DNA of 64,000 nt from Mobula hypostoma (Eukaryota). The position numbers were made by a program, and so were the translations under genes. Within the stretch, counting starts at the first letter, position 1; each line of letters opens with the position of its first letter. The DNA is taken from NCBI RefSeq assembly GCF_963921235.1, contig NC_086118.1:27778001-27842000 (forward strand). The letters run 5' to 3'. Under the pieces are notes generated by a model. The model was not told the origin of the DNA. It made no database searches and saw only the letters and a list, made by a program, of their open reading frames with translations. Below, in pieces: positions 39,515 to 52,189 of this stretch.

Positions 39515-40325
39515 TAGGTTTCAATAGGTACATTTAATATCAGAGACATATATACAATATACATCCTGAAAGTCTTTTTCCTTGCAAACATCTGCGAAAA
39601 CAGAGTGCACCAAAGAATGAATGACAGTTAAATGTTAGAACCCCAAAGCCCCCCCAGCTCTCACTTCCCCCCCATAAGCAGCAGCAAAGTGACAACACCC
39701 CTCCCCCACCAGAAAAAAGCATCTGCACCCTCCACCGAGCACTCAAGTGTGCAGCAAAGCATCAATAAAGATACAGGCTTGCAGTACCCCAAAGACTACT
39801 TGTTCACCTGGTATTCAAAATACCACAGGCTCTCTTTCTTCCTAATAAGAGAAAAAGAGGTGTCCCTATTTCACAGTGAGAGGGGAGACATAACAAAATA
39901 GCTCACCGATTTATGGTGTTAAAAGTCTGTTGCTTCGCTTTTTCCTAGCTCTGTGCCAAAAGAACTCGGAACTTGGGCACACAGCCAGCAGCTAGCTCGT
40001 TGCTTTCGATCTATGGTGTACTCCCACGACATACCAATTTTCTGCTGTGACACCAACCTCGAATCTGCCTGTCTCCAGATCCACAAAAATCTAGTGTCCT
40101 GATGGCGCGCTAGTCTTTCAGGCCGCGTCCTTGGCATATCGAAAAGCAGCCAGTCATGCCCTGAAAGTGGGTCCCATTCCCACAAAGAATCATAGTCAGT
40201 GTGCAACTCTAGGTCAGGGTCTTCAAAAGAACCCTGAAAATGAAAAAAAGAGATATTAAAGATAGAAATAGAGCTGTTTCCGAAGATGCAAGCAAAGGAA
40301 TCACCATTAGGCGCCATCATCCTAA
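39515..40325 (-). repeat. Non-coding retroposon family E
   Basis: The minus strand starts GATGATGGCGCC and ends ATTAAATGTACCTATTGAAACCTA. Confidence 0.6.
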
Positions 40326-41224
40326 GCTCCACCCTCCGTATTACCAGGATTATCGAAAAATGAGGTGCCATTCTGGTGTTTAAACACAGGGCCATATTTA
40401 GGTTGTAGGATTGCCGATATCTGTATGTAATGTGAAAAGCAGCAAATTGAATACAGATCTATGTAATTTTATAAATGAATGACCAGGCCACATTGCATCT
40501 GCTGATGATCAATTGAACAACTAGCGTGAAAAGGTGGCTATTATTATCTACATCGTCAATGGTGTCAGGATGACTGTGAGTGGGGAAGACAGGGCAGAAT
40601 CATTTACGGCTCTTTTTGAACTATCTTGGCTTCTTCCTAGAGTTTTCAGGATCATGTAATGTTCCTGGGCCAAATTTGATTTACTCTGTAGTGTCAAGAA
40701 GCAGCTCCATCCTTTGGGTAAGGACATTAGCTGGATAGTATCTTGACTGCGTTCTGAAGATTTCCACTTTTAGAACCATCTAAACATTCAGTCGTCATTC
40801 CAGTAAAATTACAACACTGATATTTACCCGACAATATGCAATGTTCTCTAATACATCCTATCTGCAAAGCAGGACCAATTAATCCTACTAATTACTATTA
40901 TTATCTTCTCAGTCATCAGTAAAGTGATGGACAGTTCTCTCAATGATAATATCAAGTATTGCCATACACAACAATAACTGCGTGCTCTATCTGATATTCA
41001 CGAAGACCACTTGGCCTCATTAAAGTCATCAACAAAGATGGAGAAAAATCTTCATTTCTGATCAGTTAATTGTGTGCCAATATTTTTATTAATCTCCTTT
41101 ATGACAGATTCAACATCTTGAATTCATATTTTTATATGGGTGTTAGAGAATCCCTCACTCCAATAGTACAACTAACTTATTAGATCAAATCAATGGCTAT
41201 GAATTCAGATGTAGTGAATATATA

Positions 41225-43330
41225 GAACAAAGAACATAGAAATTTACAGCACATTACAGGTCCTTCGGCCCACAATGTTGTGCTGACAATGTAACCGACT
41301 TTAGAGACTGCTTAGAATTTCCCTAGCGCATAGCCCTCCATTTTTCTAAGCTCCATGTACCTATCCAAGAAGCTCCTAAAAGACCCTATTGTATCAGCAT
41401 CCATCACCGCCACCAGCAGTGCATTCCACGCACCCACCACTCTGTGTGAAAAACTTACTTCTGACATCCCCTTAGTACATATTTCCAAGCACCTTAAAAC
41501 TATGCCCCCTCATGTTACCCATTTCAGCTCTGGGAAAAAGCCCTGACAATCCACATGATCAATGCCTCTCATCATCTTACACACCTCTATCAGATCATCT
41601 CTCATCCTCCATGACTCCAAGGAGAAAAGGCAAAGTTCACTCAACGTATTCTCATAAGGTACACCCTTCAATCCAGGCAACATCCTTGTAAATCTCCTCT
41701 GCACTCTGTCTATAGTTTCCACCTCATTCCTGTAGTGAGGTGACCAGAACTGAACACAGTACTCCAAGTGGGCTCTGACCAATGACTTATACAGCTGTAA
41801 CGTTACCTCATTGCTCTTGAACTCAATCCCATGTTTGATGAATGCCAACACACCATACGCCTTCTTAACAACACTGTCAACCTGCACAGCAACTTTGAGT
41901 GTCCTATCAACATGGAACACAAGATCACTCAGATCCTCCACACCGCCAAGAATCTTACCATTTATATTATATTCTATCTTCAAAATGGACCTACCAAAAT
42001 GAACCACTTCCCACTTATCTGGGTTGAAGTCCATCTGTTACTTCTCAGCCCAGTTCTGCATCCTATCGATGTCTCACTGTGACCTCTGACAGCCCTCCAG
42101 ACTATCCACAACACCCCCAATCTTTGTGTCATCAGCAAACTTACTAACCTACCCTTCTACTTCTTCATCCAGGTTATTTATAGAAATCACAAAGAGGAGA
42201 GGTCCCAGAACAGATCCCTGCAGCACACCACTGGTCACCGACCTCCATGCAGAATATAAACCATCTACATACAACCACCCTTTGCCTTTTGTAGGCAAGC
42301 CAACTCTGGATATACAAAGCAAGGTCGCCTTGGAACCCATGCCTCCTTACTTTCTGAAGGAGTCTTACATGGGCGACCTTATCAAATGCCTTACTGAAAT
42401 CCATGTACACTATATCCACTGCTCTACCTTGACAAAGCCATTCTGACTATCCCTGATCAGATAATCAGATGACGTCTCTCCAAATGCTCATAAATCTTGC
42501 CTCTGAGGATCTTCTCCAACAACTTGCCCACCACTGAAGTAAGACTCACTGGTCCATAACTTCCTAGATTATCTCTACTCCCTTTCTCGAACAAGGGAAC
42601 AACATTTGCAACCCTCCAATCCTCCGGTACTTCTCCTGTCCCTATTGATGATACAAAGGTCATCACAAGAGGCAATCTCCTCCCTCACTTGCCACAGTAG
42701 CCTGAGGTATATCTCATCTGGTCCCAGTGACTTACCTAACTTAATGCTTTTCAAAAGCTCCAGCACATCCTCTTTCTTAATGTCCATATGCTCAAGTGTT
42801 TCAGTCTGCTGTAAATCATCCCCATAATTGCCAAGGTCTTTTTCCCTGTTGAACACTGAAGCAAAGTATTCATTAAGTATCTCCACTACCTCCTCTGACT
42901 CCATGCACATGTTTCCACTATCACAACAGATTGGTCATATTCTCACATGGCTCGTACTCTTGCTCTTCATATACCTGTAGAATGCCTTGGGGTTTTCCTT
43001 AATCCTGCTCACCAAGGCCTTCTCATGGCTCCTTCTGGCTCTCTTAATTCCATTCTTAAGCTCCTTCCTAGCAAACTTGTAATTTTCTAGAGCTCTAACA
43101 GTACCTAGTTTCTTGAACCTTTCGTAAGCTTTTCTTCTTAACTAGATTTTTACATACTTTGTGCACCATGGTTTTTTAACTCTACCATCCTTTCCCTGTC
43201 TCAATGGAACGTACCTATGCAGAACTCCATGCAAATGTTCCCTCAACATTTGCCACGTTTCTGCTGTGCATTTCCCTGAGAACATCTGCTCCCATGTTCC
43301 TGCCTAATAGCATCATATTTTCCCCTACCC
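41225..43330 (-). mobile_element. Degraded CR1 LINE (linker + RT + 3' end)
   Basis: ORFs 42575-42910, 42457-42675, 42174-42419 and 41510-42034 carry EILNEYFASVF, VPEDWRVANVVPLF, DFSKAFDKV and HLEYCVQFWSPHY. Confidence 0.93.
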
Positions 43331-44429
43331 CAGTATCTGGTAGTTCATTGCCACAAACAGGTTTGAGTAGTTCAAGCCTAAATGTTACCCATTGAAGCTG
43401 AGTTTTTAATCCATCCCTTTATTATCTTGCAGCTCAGCTGTCATCTGTAGTCTCCCACTTCATGAGTTCCAAGTTATTGAGAATGCTAATCATGTTTTCA
43501 ATCACTCAGAGAACTGTACTTCTAAGTTTCGAGTCACTGACTATCAGCAGTGTTACAAATCAATTCCAATGTTTCATCCTCATCTTAAATACCTCTGCTG
43601 CAAAGAATGGGTAATGTGCACTTTATATTTGCTGAGGTGATGTCAAAATAATTGATAATCCTTGGCTCTGAGGGTTGTGCTATCCGACTTTGGCTGCAGC
43701 ACAGTACAGACAGACTGACAGCACTGCCTGTGAAGCATAATGCACAATAGATTAGTACACCGACGGACACACAGGGCAGGGTTCTGACCAGTGTCAGAAA
43801 CCTTTTAGAGACAGAGATGCAAAAGCAAGACAGACAGTCTGAGGTAAAGACCTGGGATACGGTGACTGATACAAAATCTTAGCATGCTGGTAAATTTGCA
43901 GAATGAACCTTAAATGGTAGACTCTGAGTAGATATACTTTAGGGTCTGCAAACTACAGAACCTTGCTACACCTCCTGACATGCAGGACCTGAGTACGCAG
44001 AATAACAGTTAGTCAAAGGAGTGAGACTGGCGTACCGAGTCAGGATTGATACCAAGCCCAAGTATACAGACAGACAGAACAACGAAGACTGGGTTTACAG
44101 ACGGAAGTTTATGGAATGTGTAAATAAACTGTCAGGTAAACAAACACTGAGAAAAAAACTAGAAGGACTCAGCAGTTTAGACTGCATCTGTGGAAATGGA
44201 ACAGTTTCTTCTTCCATTGCTGCTGCCTGACCTGCTGAGTGTTTCCAGCATGTTCTGTCTCTTGGATTCAGATCCCTAGCATAGTAGTTTTTTGGATTTT
44301 GTTGAAGCGTCACACTAAGCTTGAGATCAGTGACTGACACTCAGCTTTGAATTACACAGACGGACATAAACTTGAGTCTACAAAATCTGACAAACAGGTC
44401 TAAAATGCACAGGCTGACTCATACAGCCC

Positions 44430-45226
44430 GGATCGTTGGCAGATTTTCAGGTGGTTATGAGGAGTCATTCAGGAGCAAGGTAGATCACGCTGGTTGAGTG
44501 CGGTCACAGTAACAACCTTGCACTCAATGTCAGTAAGACCAAAGATTTGATTTGAGACTACAGGAAGGAAAAGTTGAGGGAACACACACCAGTTCTCATC
44601 AGGGATCAGAAGCGGAAAGGACGAGCAGTTTCACATTCCTGGGTGTCAACATCTCAAAGGATTGGTCCTGGGCCCAACATATTGATGCAATTACAAAGAA
44701 TGCGCAGCAGTGGTAATATTTAATTAGGAACTTGAGGAGAATTGGTACGTCACCAAAGACGCTCACAAGTTTCTACAGATGTACTATGGAGAGCATTCTA
44801 ACTGGTTGAATCACAGTCTGGTATGGAGGGGCCACTGCACAGGATCAGAAATAGCTCTGCCAGCCTCCCCAGCATCCATGACACTTTCAAAAAGTGGCAT
44901 CGATCATTTAGGACCCCCATCACCAGAACATGTCATCTTCTCATTGCTACCATCAGGGAGAAGGCACAGGGGCCTGAAGACACACACTCACTATTTCGGT
45001 ACGTTTCTGCTGCTCTAACATCAGATTTCTGAATGGTTATTGAACCCATCAACACTACCTCGATACTTTTTATTCTCTTTTTGCACTAGTTACTTAACTT
45101 TTTAATTGTGCATATACTTCTTACCGCAATTTACAGTTTTTATCATTATGTATTGCAATGAACTGCTGCTGCAGAACAACAAATTTCAGGACATATGCCA
45201 GTGCTATTAAATGCTGATTCTGATTC
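44430..45226 (+). mobile_element. Rex1/Babar-like LINE 3' fragment
   Basis: Colinear with 32815-33632; same CTGATTCTGATTC tail. Confidence 0.8.
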
Positions 45227-45873
45227 GGGACACGTGCACTGTTGTATTGAACCTGGGTATATTATTGACAATCAGGGCCCAAGGACAAACCTGACATGTG
45301 AAACCGGATGGGAAACTGGGATTTGGAGACTGATATACAGAGCCTGAGTATACTGACAGATCGACAAAGCTGACTGGCATACAGAGTCTGAATATACAGA
45401 CTGCCTTACAGTGCTTGAGTATGATTCCTAATTTAGTTAGCTTGAGTACTCTGACTGTCATAAGGAGCATGGTGCAATGACTAAGCTGCAGAGCTCGAAT
45501 GCACAGACCGATGTACAAACCTTGCTCGACATTCAAACTGTGAAAAATAATTGAAACCTCTGCTTCAGAGTAATCCAACAAAATTGAATAAAAATTCAAA
45601 ATTATTGCATAAATACTTGAAATTACAGAGTCATGGTCATCATATGATATAGCATGGACAGAGGCCCTTCTGCTCAACACGAGCTGGCCCAGTCTGCCTG
45701 GATTAGGCTCTTATTTGCTTCGTTTCTGTACAGCTCAGTGGAGAATCTGGTTCTTTTTTGCTCCATTACATCCTTTCTCTCATATTGGCTTCCCCAACTC
45801 TGCAGTGGTAAACATTTGCACAACCGGCATATGTTTGCTTCCTGGCATATTCTCTCCAGCTCCTTGCATTCTA

Positions 45874-46036
45874 CGCAAACACGAGGAAATCTGCAGATGC
45901 TGGAATTTCAAGCAACACACATCAAAGTTGCTGGCGAACGCAACAGGCCAGGCAGCATCTCTAGGAAGAGGTACAGTCGACGTTTCGGGCCGAGACCCTT
46001 CGTCAGGACAAACTGAAAGAAGAGCTTGTAAGAGAT
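45874..46036 (-). mobile_element. ~160-bp Penelope-like 3' end
   Basis: Full family tail plus hammerhead; TSD TTGCATTCTA at 45864-45873 and 46037-46046. Confidence 0.9.
45975..46010 (-). ncRNA. Minimal type-I hammerhead ribozyme motif (best-preserved copy)
   Basis: TGTC CTGACGA A GGGT CTCG GCCC GAAA CG TC^GACT: intact core, stem II, GTC/GAC stem I. Confidence 0.75.
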
Positions 46037-47664
46037 TTGCATTCTATGATCTCCTTTCATGTTCTCACAAACCCGTTTAATTGCTTAAACTGTTCTAAAA
46101 CAAAATGCTCTAGTAGTTATGCCTCTCTGGTGGATGAACTAAGTTTCTGAAAGAAGGGCTGAAATGTAAAGCTGAATAATATTTCCCTAAAGACTTTGCT
46201 TCCCTGGGAACTGTGGCTTTCAGCCATTTCATGTCCAGGCAAATGTGCAGTAATGTGGAAATCTGAAATGGCTTGACAGTCAGCCTCCAGCACAGCTAGT
46301 TTTCTGACCCACCCTTGGGGGTCACCACTGAATCCAATGGCATTGACATACTCAAAGCAGGATTTTTAATAGAGCATTTCCAACCCTGCAGCTTTTCACC
46401 AGGGAAAGCAAGCATTGTTATGGCAACATGGCGGGACAACAAACTACAAATGTTAGAATCTGGAGCAAGAAGCAATCTGCTTGAGAAACTCAGTGAATTG
46501 ACCAGTATCAGTGGAGGGAATGGAAATGTTGGCATTTTGAGTTGACAAAAATACAGCCACACAAGTCAATTAAATGTCATCACTGCCCCTTAAGTGAAAT
46601 GGAAGTGTCAGTAAGTGCTTAATTTCCTTAATGTCAATGTGGTTAATTATTTCTGGTTTGTTTTTGTATTATTGTTTTTAAGTGCCTATTTTAAAATACT
46701 TGGATCACCATCAGAGTCATTTAAAAATGATTCAAAAGCCTTTGACAATGGTAACCTAAAATAGGCCTCAGGATATGACAGGACTGTGAACTGTGCTACA
46801 TTACCTGAAGCCTAGTTGACAATCAAAGCCTGTTGAGCCTCATTTGAACCTTCTCAGATGTAAAGAGTAAACTCGCTCAGCTCTCCGTGTCCAGCAACAT
46901 TAAGCCTGAGTGGATGGCTACAATGGGTGCTGTCTCTGCACAGTTTGCCGAGTTCAGTGATATTTGATCTTTTAATTCTGTTTTTCTTTCCTTGGATGTG
47001 GCCTGGCCTGGTATTTCCGACAGTTTCAGTCTTATTGCTTTAGCTGGGCCACCTCTGAGTACTTTCAGAATTTGGTAGTCCATACTATCCTTTGCACTAT
47101 ATCTTTAACACAATGTTGAAGAGATGCCTCTCTGTCTGCTAGATTAGCGCATTTTGTTGCTGCTGTTTCTCGTCTTGAATTCACAGCATGATTCAACTTG
47201 CTTCCAAATACAGATACAATTTAATTCAAAGTGGATGAATTTATTAACGTGCACAGCTCATTGGGTTGAAATAATATTTCCTTTTCTATATACAGTATGT
47301 GTATGAAAGAGTGCAGAATATTAATTTTTGCCTTTCCCAGCAGCTTATTCTATTTAGGTTAATGTACAACTGAGAGGCCAAAGAGCGGGCATCTGTCAAA
47401 AAAAAACCCCTAAGCACAAGCACACTAGTTTCTAAACTAATAAGATTAATGCAGTGTGGGTCAGCCTATCTGTGGAGTGCACATTCTGCACAAAGCCAAG
47501 TTTTAGCTGTTCATGAACTCAGTTTTCTCCATCTCTGTGACACTTCTGCTAACTGCAACAAATTCATCAATAATCCAGACAGAATGGACGGTGCAGTTAA
47601 TTATCACCACACACAAAATGCTGGTGAACGCAGCAGGCCAGACAGCATCCATAGGAAGAAGCAC

Positions 47665-47700
47665 AGTCGACGTTTCAGGCCGAGACTCTTCGTCAGGACT
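47665..47700 (-). ncRNA. Hammerhead motif, left arm (stem II mutated)
   Basis: AGTC CTGACGA A GAGT CTCG GCCT GAAA CG TC^GACT. Confidence 0.62.
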
Positions 47701-48076
47701 AACTGAAAGAAGAGCCAGTAAGAGATTTGAAAGTGGGAGAGGGAGGGGAAGATCCAAAATGATAGGAAAAGACAGGAGGTGGGGTGGGATGGAGCTAAGA
47801 GCTGGAAAGTTGATTGGCAAAAGGGATACAAGGCTGGAGAAGGGAGAGGATCATGGGACGGGAGGCCTAGGGAGAAAGAAAGGGGGAGGAGAGCACCAGA
47901 GGCAGATGGAGAGCAGGCAAGGAGTTATTGTGAGAGGGACAGAGAGAGAAAAAAGAGAGCGAGGAAAAAAAAGGGGAAATATTTAATAAATAAATAAACA
48001 AACAAACAAACAAACAAATAAGGGATGGGGTATGAAGGGGAGGAGGGGCATTAACAGAAGTTAGAGAGGTCGATGT

Positions 48077-48978
48077 TCATGCCATCAGGTTGGAGGCTAC
48101 CCAGACGGAAGCCTGTTCCTCCAATCTGAGTGTGGCTTCATCTTGACAGTAGAGGAGGCCGTGGATAGACGTATCAGAATGGGAATGGGACGTGGAATTA
48201 AAATGCGTGACCACGGGGAGATCCTGTTTTCTCCGGAGGACAGAGCATAGGAGTCCAGCGAAGTGGTCTCCCATTCTGCGTCGGGTCTCACCAATATATA
48301 GAAGGCCACACCGGGAGCACCAGACGCAGTATATCACACCAGCTGACTCACAGGTGAAGTGTCGCCTCACCTGGAAGGACTGTTTGGGGCCCTGAATGGT
48401 GGTGAGGGAGGAAGTGTAAGGGCATGTGTAGCACTTGTTCCACTTACAAGGATAAGTGCCAGGAGGGAGTTCAGTGGGGAGGGATGGTGTGGATGAATAG
48501 ACAAGGGAGTCGCGTAGGGAGTGATCCCTGCGGAAAGCAGAAAGAGGCGGGGAGGGAAAGATGTGCTTGGTGGCGGGATCCTGTTGGAGGTGGCAGAAGT
48601 TACGGAGAATAATATGTTGGACCCGGAGGCTGCTGGGGTGGTAGGTGAGGACATGGGGAACCCTATCCCTCGTGGGGTGACGGAAGGATGGAGTGAGAGC
48701 AGATGTGCATGAAATAGGAGAGATGCGTTTGAGAATAGAGTAGATGGTAGAGGAAAGGAAGCCCCTTTCTTTAAAAAAAGAAGACATCTCCTTCAACCTG
48801 GAATGAAAGGCCTCATCCTGTGAGCAGATGCGGCGGAGACGGAGGAATTGTGAGAAGGAGACAGAGTGGGAAGAGGAATAGTCCAGGTAGCTGTGAGAGT
48901 CTGTAGGCTTATAGTAGACATCAGTAGATAAGCTGTCTCCAGAGATAGAGACAGAAAGATCAAGAAAGGGGAGGGAGG
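48077..48978 (-). pseudogene. Penelope-like RT C-terminus/thumb + GIY-YIG endonuclease (truncated)
   Basis: SLPFLDLSV..STDVYYKPTDSHSYLDYSSSH..SQFLRLRRICS; C-x2-C linker; VIYCVWCSRCGLLYIGETRR. Confidence 0.92.
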
Positions 48979-49533
48979 TAACTTCCGCCACCTCTAACGG
49001 GATCCCACCACCAAGCACATCTTTCTCTCCCCCCCTTTCTGCTTTCCGCAGGGATCGCTTCCTACACAACTCCCTTGTCCATTCGTCCCCCGCATCCCTT
49101 CCCACTGATCTCCCTCCCGGCACTTATCCTTGTAAGTGGAACAAGTGCTACACATGCCCTTACACTTCCTCTCTCACAACCATTCAGGGCCCCAGACAGT
49201 CCTTCCAGGTGAGGCGACACTTCACCTGTTAGTCGGCTGGGGTGATATACTGAGTCCGGTGCTCCCGATACGGCCTTCTATATATTGGTGAGACCCAGAG
49301 CAGACTGGGAGACCATTTCACTGAACACCTATGCTCTGTCCACCAGAGAAAGCAGGATCTCCCAGTGGCCACACATTTTAATTCCACGTCCCATTCCCAT
49401 TCTGATATGTCTATGCATGGCCTCCTCTACTGTCAAGATGAAGCCACACTCAGGTTGGAGGAACAACACCTTATATTCCTTCTGGTTAGCCTCCAAGCTG
49501 ATGGCATGAACATTGACCTCTAACTTCTGCTAA
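48979..49533 (+). pseudogene. Second, disrupted copy of the GIY-YIG endonuclease region
   Basis: Reverse complement of 48050-48602; GGCCTTCTATATATTGGTGAGACC encodes GLLYIGET. Confidence 0.88.
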
Positions 49534-49899
49534 TGTCCCTCCTCCCCTTCTTATCCCATTATTTATTTATCTATCTATCTATCTATTTATTTATTTATTT
49601 GCTTGCTTGTTTGTTTATTTATTTTTTTTCTCTCTCTGTCCCTCTCATAATAACTCCTTGCCTGTTCTCCATCTTCCTCTGGTGCTCCCCTCCCCCTTTC
49701 TTTCTCCCCAGGCCCCCCGTCCCATGATCCTCTCCCTTCTCCAGCCTTGTATCCCTTTTGCCAATCAACTTTCCAGCTCTCAGCTTTATCCCTCTCCCTC
49801 CTGTCTTTTCCTATCATTTTGGATCTTTCCCCTCCCCCTCCCCCTCCCCCACCCCTTCCCCTCCCACTTTCAAATCTCTTACTATCTCTTCTTTCAGTT

Positions 49900-49935
49900 A
49901 GTCTTGACGAAGGGTCTCAGCCCGAAACGTTGACT
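49900..49935 (+). ncRNA. Hammerhead motif, right arm (C3>T, cleavage triplet GTT)
   Basis: AGTC TTGACGA A GGGT CTCA GCCC GAAA CG TT^GACT. Confidence 0.6.
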
Positions 49936-50513
49936 GTGCTCCTTCCTATGGATGCTATCTGGTCTGCTGCATTCCACCAACATTTTGTGTGTTTTGCTTG
50001 AATTTCCGGCATCTTCAGATTTCCTCGTGTTTACGTTTTTAACTATCATCACACCCATTTGTTGCTGTGTGGAATGTAAAATGTAAAGAAAACCTATTTG
50101 TATCTCTATCTTTCATTTGTGTTTCAATAGTTCAATGACTTCCAATTTCACTCCTTGATGTCACCATGTTTTGTAGAAACTGAGTTCTGGGATATGGAAA
50201 TATAAGTGAGAATTGTAAATGATCTATTAGTGCTAATGTGCTAAATTATAGTGTTCTTAGTTCACACATTATCTCTATCTGTCACGCACACACATATTAA
50301 ATTGAACCATTAAACAATCATTGGCAATGATTGAGGATCACATGACCTTGCCTTATCTTTGCTGATGACGTCAGTGTTTGGTTCACAGGATGTCCATGAG
50401 GAATCTCATGTTGACATTTGTCAGGTATAATTTTCTTCGGTGTATACTTGCCTGGATAGCTGCCGGGCACAGAGTAGCTTTTTTCCAGCCTTTTGTTCCA
50501 AAAGGATTAGAAT

Positions 50514-50738
50514 TGATGTATATTATTAGGATTTCTATTTCATTCATCTGGAAGGAACCAGTAGTTTGATTTTTTTTAAATTGTGGTCATCTTCTGCTGA
50601 TGTATATTATTAGGATTTCTATGTCACTCATCTGGAAGGAACCAGTAGTTTGATTTTTTTAAAATTGTGGTCATCTTCTGCCTTTGTTTAGTTGTTCATT
50701 CAAAATGTCTGCCTTTGTTTAGTTGTTCATTCAAAATG
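50514..50738. repeat. Two abutting tandem duplications (2 x 84 bp, 2 x 31 bp)
   Basis: 50514-50597 approximately equals 50598-50681; 50677-50707 equals 50708-50738. Confidence 0.9.
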
Positions 50739-52189
50739 TCCTTGCCTTGTTGCATGGCAATTTGGGCAAAAGAAGTGAGCAGTGTTCTCAAAACCCCAAG
50801 CACCTCCTTCAATCCACTCTCTCCTCACCAACCCTTTCTCTACCCCCCTCCAAGGTCCCAGACCGACCCACTCAATACCCCATTTATCAAAAAGAAAATC
50901 TCACTGGAATTGAACTCTAAATGGCAGAGGCTGTCCACCATTGTACCGTAGACGCTGGGAGATTGCACTTTCCGGTGATGTTGTTGAGTGGACAAGTGGA
51001 AGATGGCCGATGTGAAAATCAGTGAGTTTCTCCATGTACCTGATCACCTTCCAACTGAAGATGAAAATGAATTCCAGTTAGTGTCAGTTAATGGGTCAGA
51101 TATTCCAGTGCTTTAATTAGCCTTCTTAGTAGCTGAGCAGAAATAGCCATTTAAAGCCATATAATAAGTTATCTTGTTACCATATTAATTGGAGTACTCC
51201 AACCAAGATTTTAAAATGAATTATGTATGTACCATAGATATATTTAAATCTTTTAAGTTTTTTCTTTAATGTATTTCTTATATTTGCCATCAAATTTAGA
51301 GACATATTTTATTTTATTTGTAAGATATTGGGTTGTCTGACAAATGACCAGAGTGAGGCCCTCTTTGGAACTTCCAGTGCCAAGGGTTTCCCAACGCGCA
51401 GTCATCCTGCTTTGCTAATGCATGTGATGGAGAAAGAGAGTGGACATAAGGAAAAGTAAATGGCACCAGCAAAGTTGGATGGACGTAACCTTTACTGCCC
51501 TCGCAATGTATTTATAGGGGCAAGTGTTAGAAGGCCAAAGTTTGACCAGTCTTGGGGCTGTCATAAGGGAAGTCGTTAGTATAGTTGCACTAAAAATTTC
51601 TGAACATAGACTCAGTTGCTCCCTAGAGCTAGTTAATGGTCAACAACAGCCATTCAAAAGAAAGATTGAATTAATCTTGGCTGTAGATTTGCAGATCATG
51701 CTCCTTCCTTTGGTTTAACAGAAAAAGTGTTTTAAAAGGTTATATTTTAAATTTAACCCTATCTTTCATTGGTGATAACAGGATCCATTGCTGAATTGTG
51801 AAGAATGCAGTCTTCTGAGTTGTAAACAAATTTTACCTGGAATTCCATTCAAAGACCTTAAGGACTTAATTAACACGTGTAAGGGGTCTCACTTAACTGT
51901 CTCAATTTAGTCAGTTACAAGGGACACCTGAAAATGGACCAGACAAATTTAACCATGGCTCAGTTCAATCACAACACAGTGATTACATAAATGAAAGACC
52001 ATCTCACATTACAACAGAGAAAAGCATGTAATGTGTATCAGTTCCTTTACCCCCAGATTATCTGGATGTAAGTAAAGCAGACAAAAAATAATTCCACTGA
52101 AAATTCATACCACAGACTATAAAAAAGAACTCCGACTGTGTGTTAGTTCCTGACCGATGAACATTTGAGAGAAAATAGTCTATTTCTGA

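Larger units (their letters stand above)
47613..50038. mobile_element. Penelope-like retroelement, inverted double structure
   Basis: Minus copy 47613-48978 and plus copy 48979-50038 diverge from the junction; candidate 16-bp TSD (14/16 match) at 47597-47612 and 50039-50054. Confidence 0.93.

Noticed and set aside
48077..49123. 348-aa ORF as an intact or novel gene
   Set aside because: It is chimeric: the first ~48 codons are the antisense of the right arm across the inversion junction at 48978, and the rest is a truncated Penelope ORF lacking the RT catalytic core.
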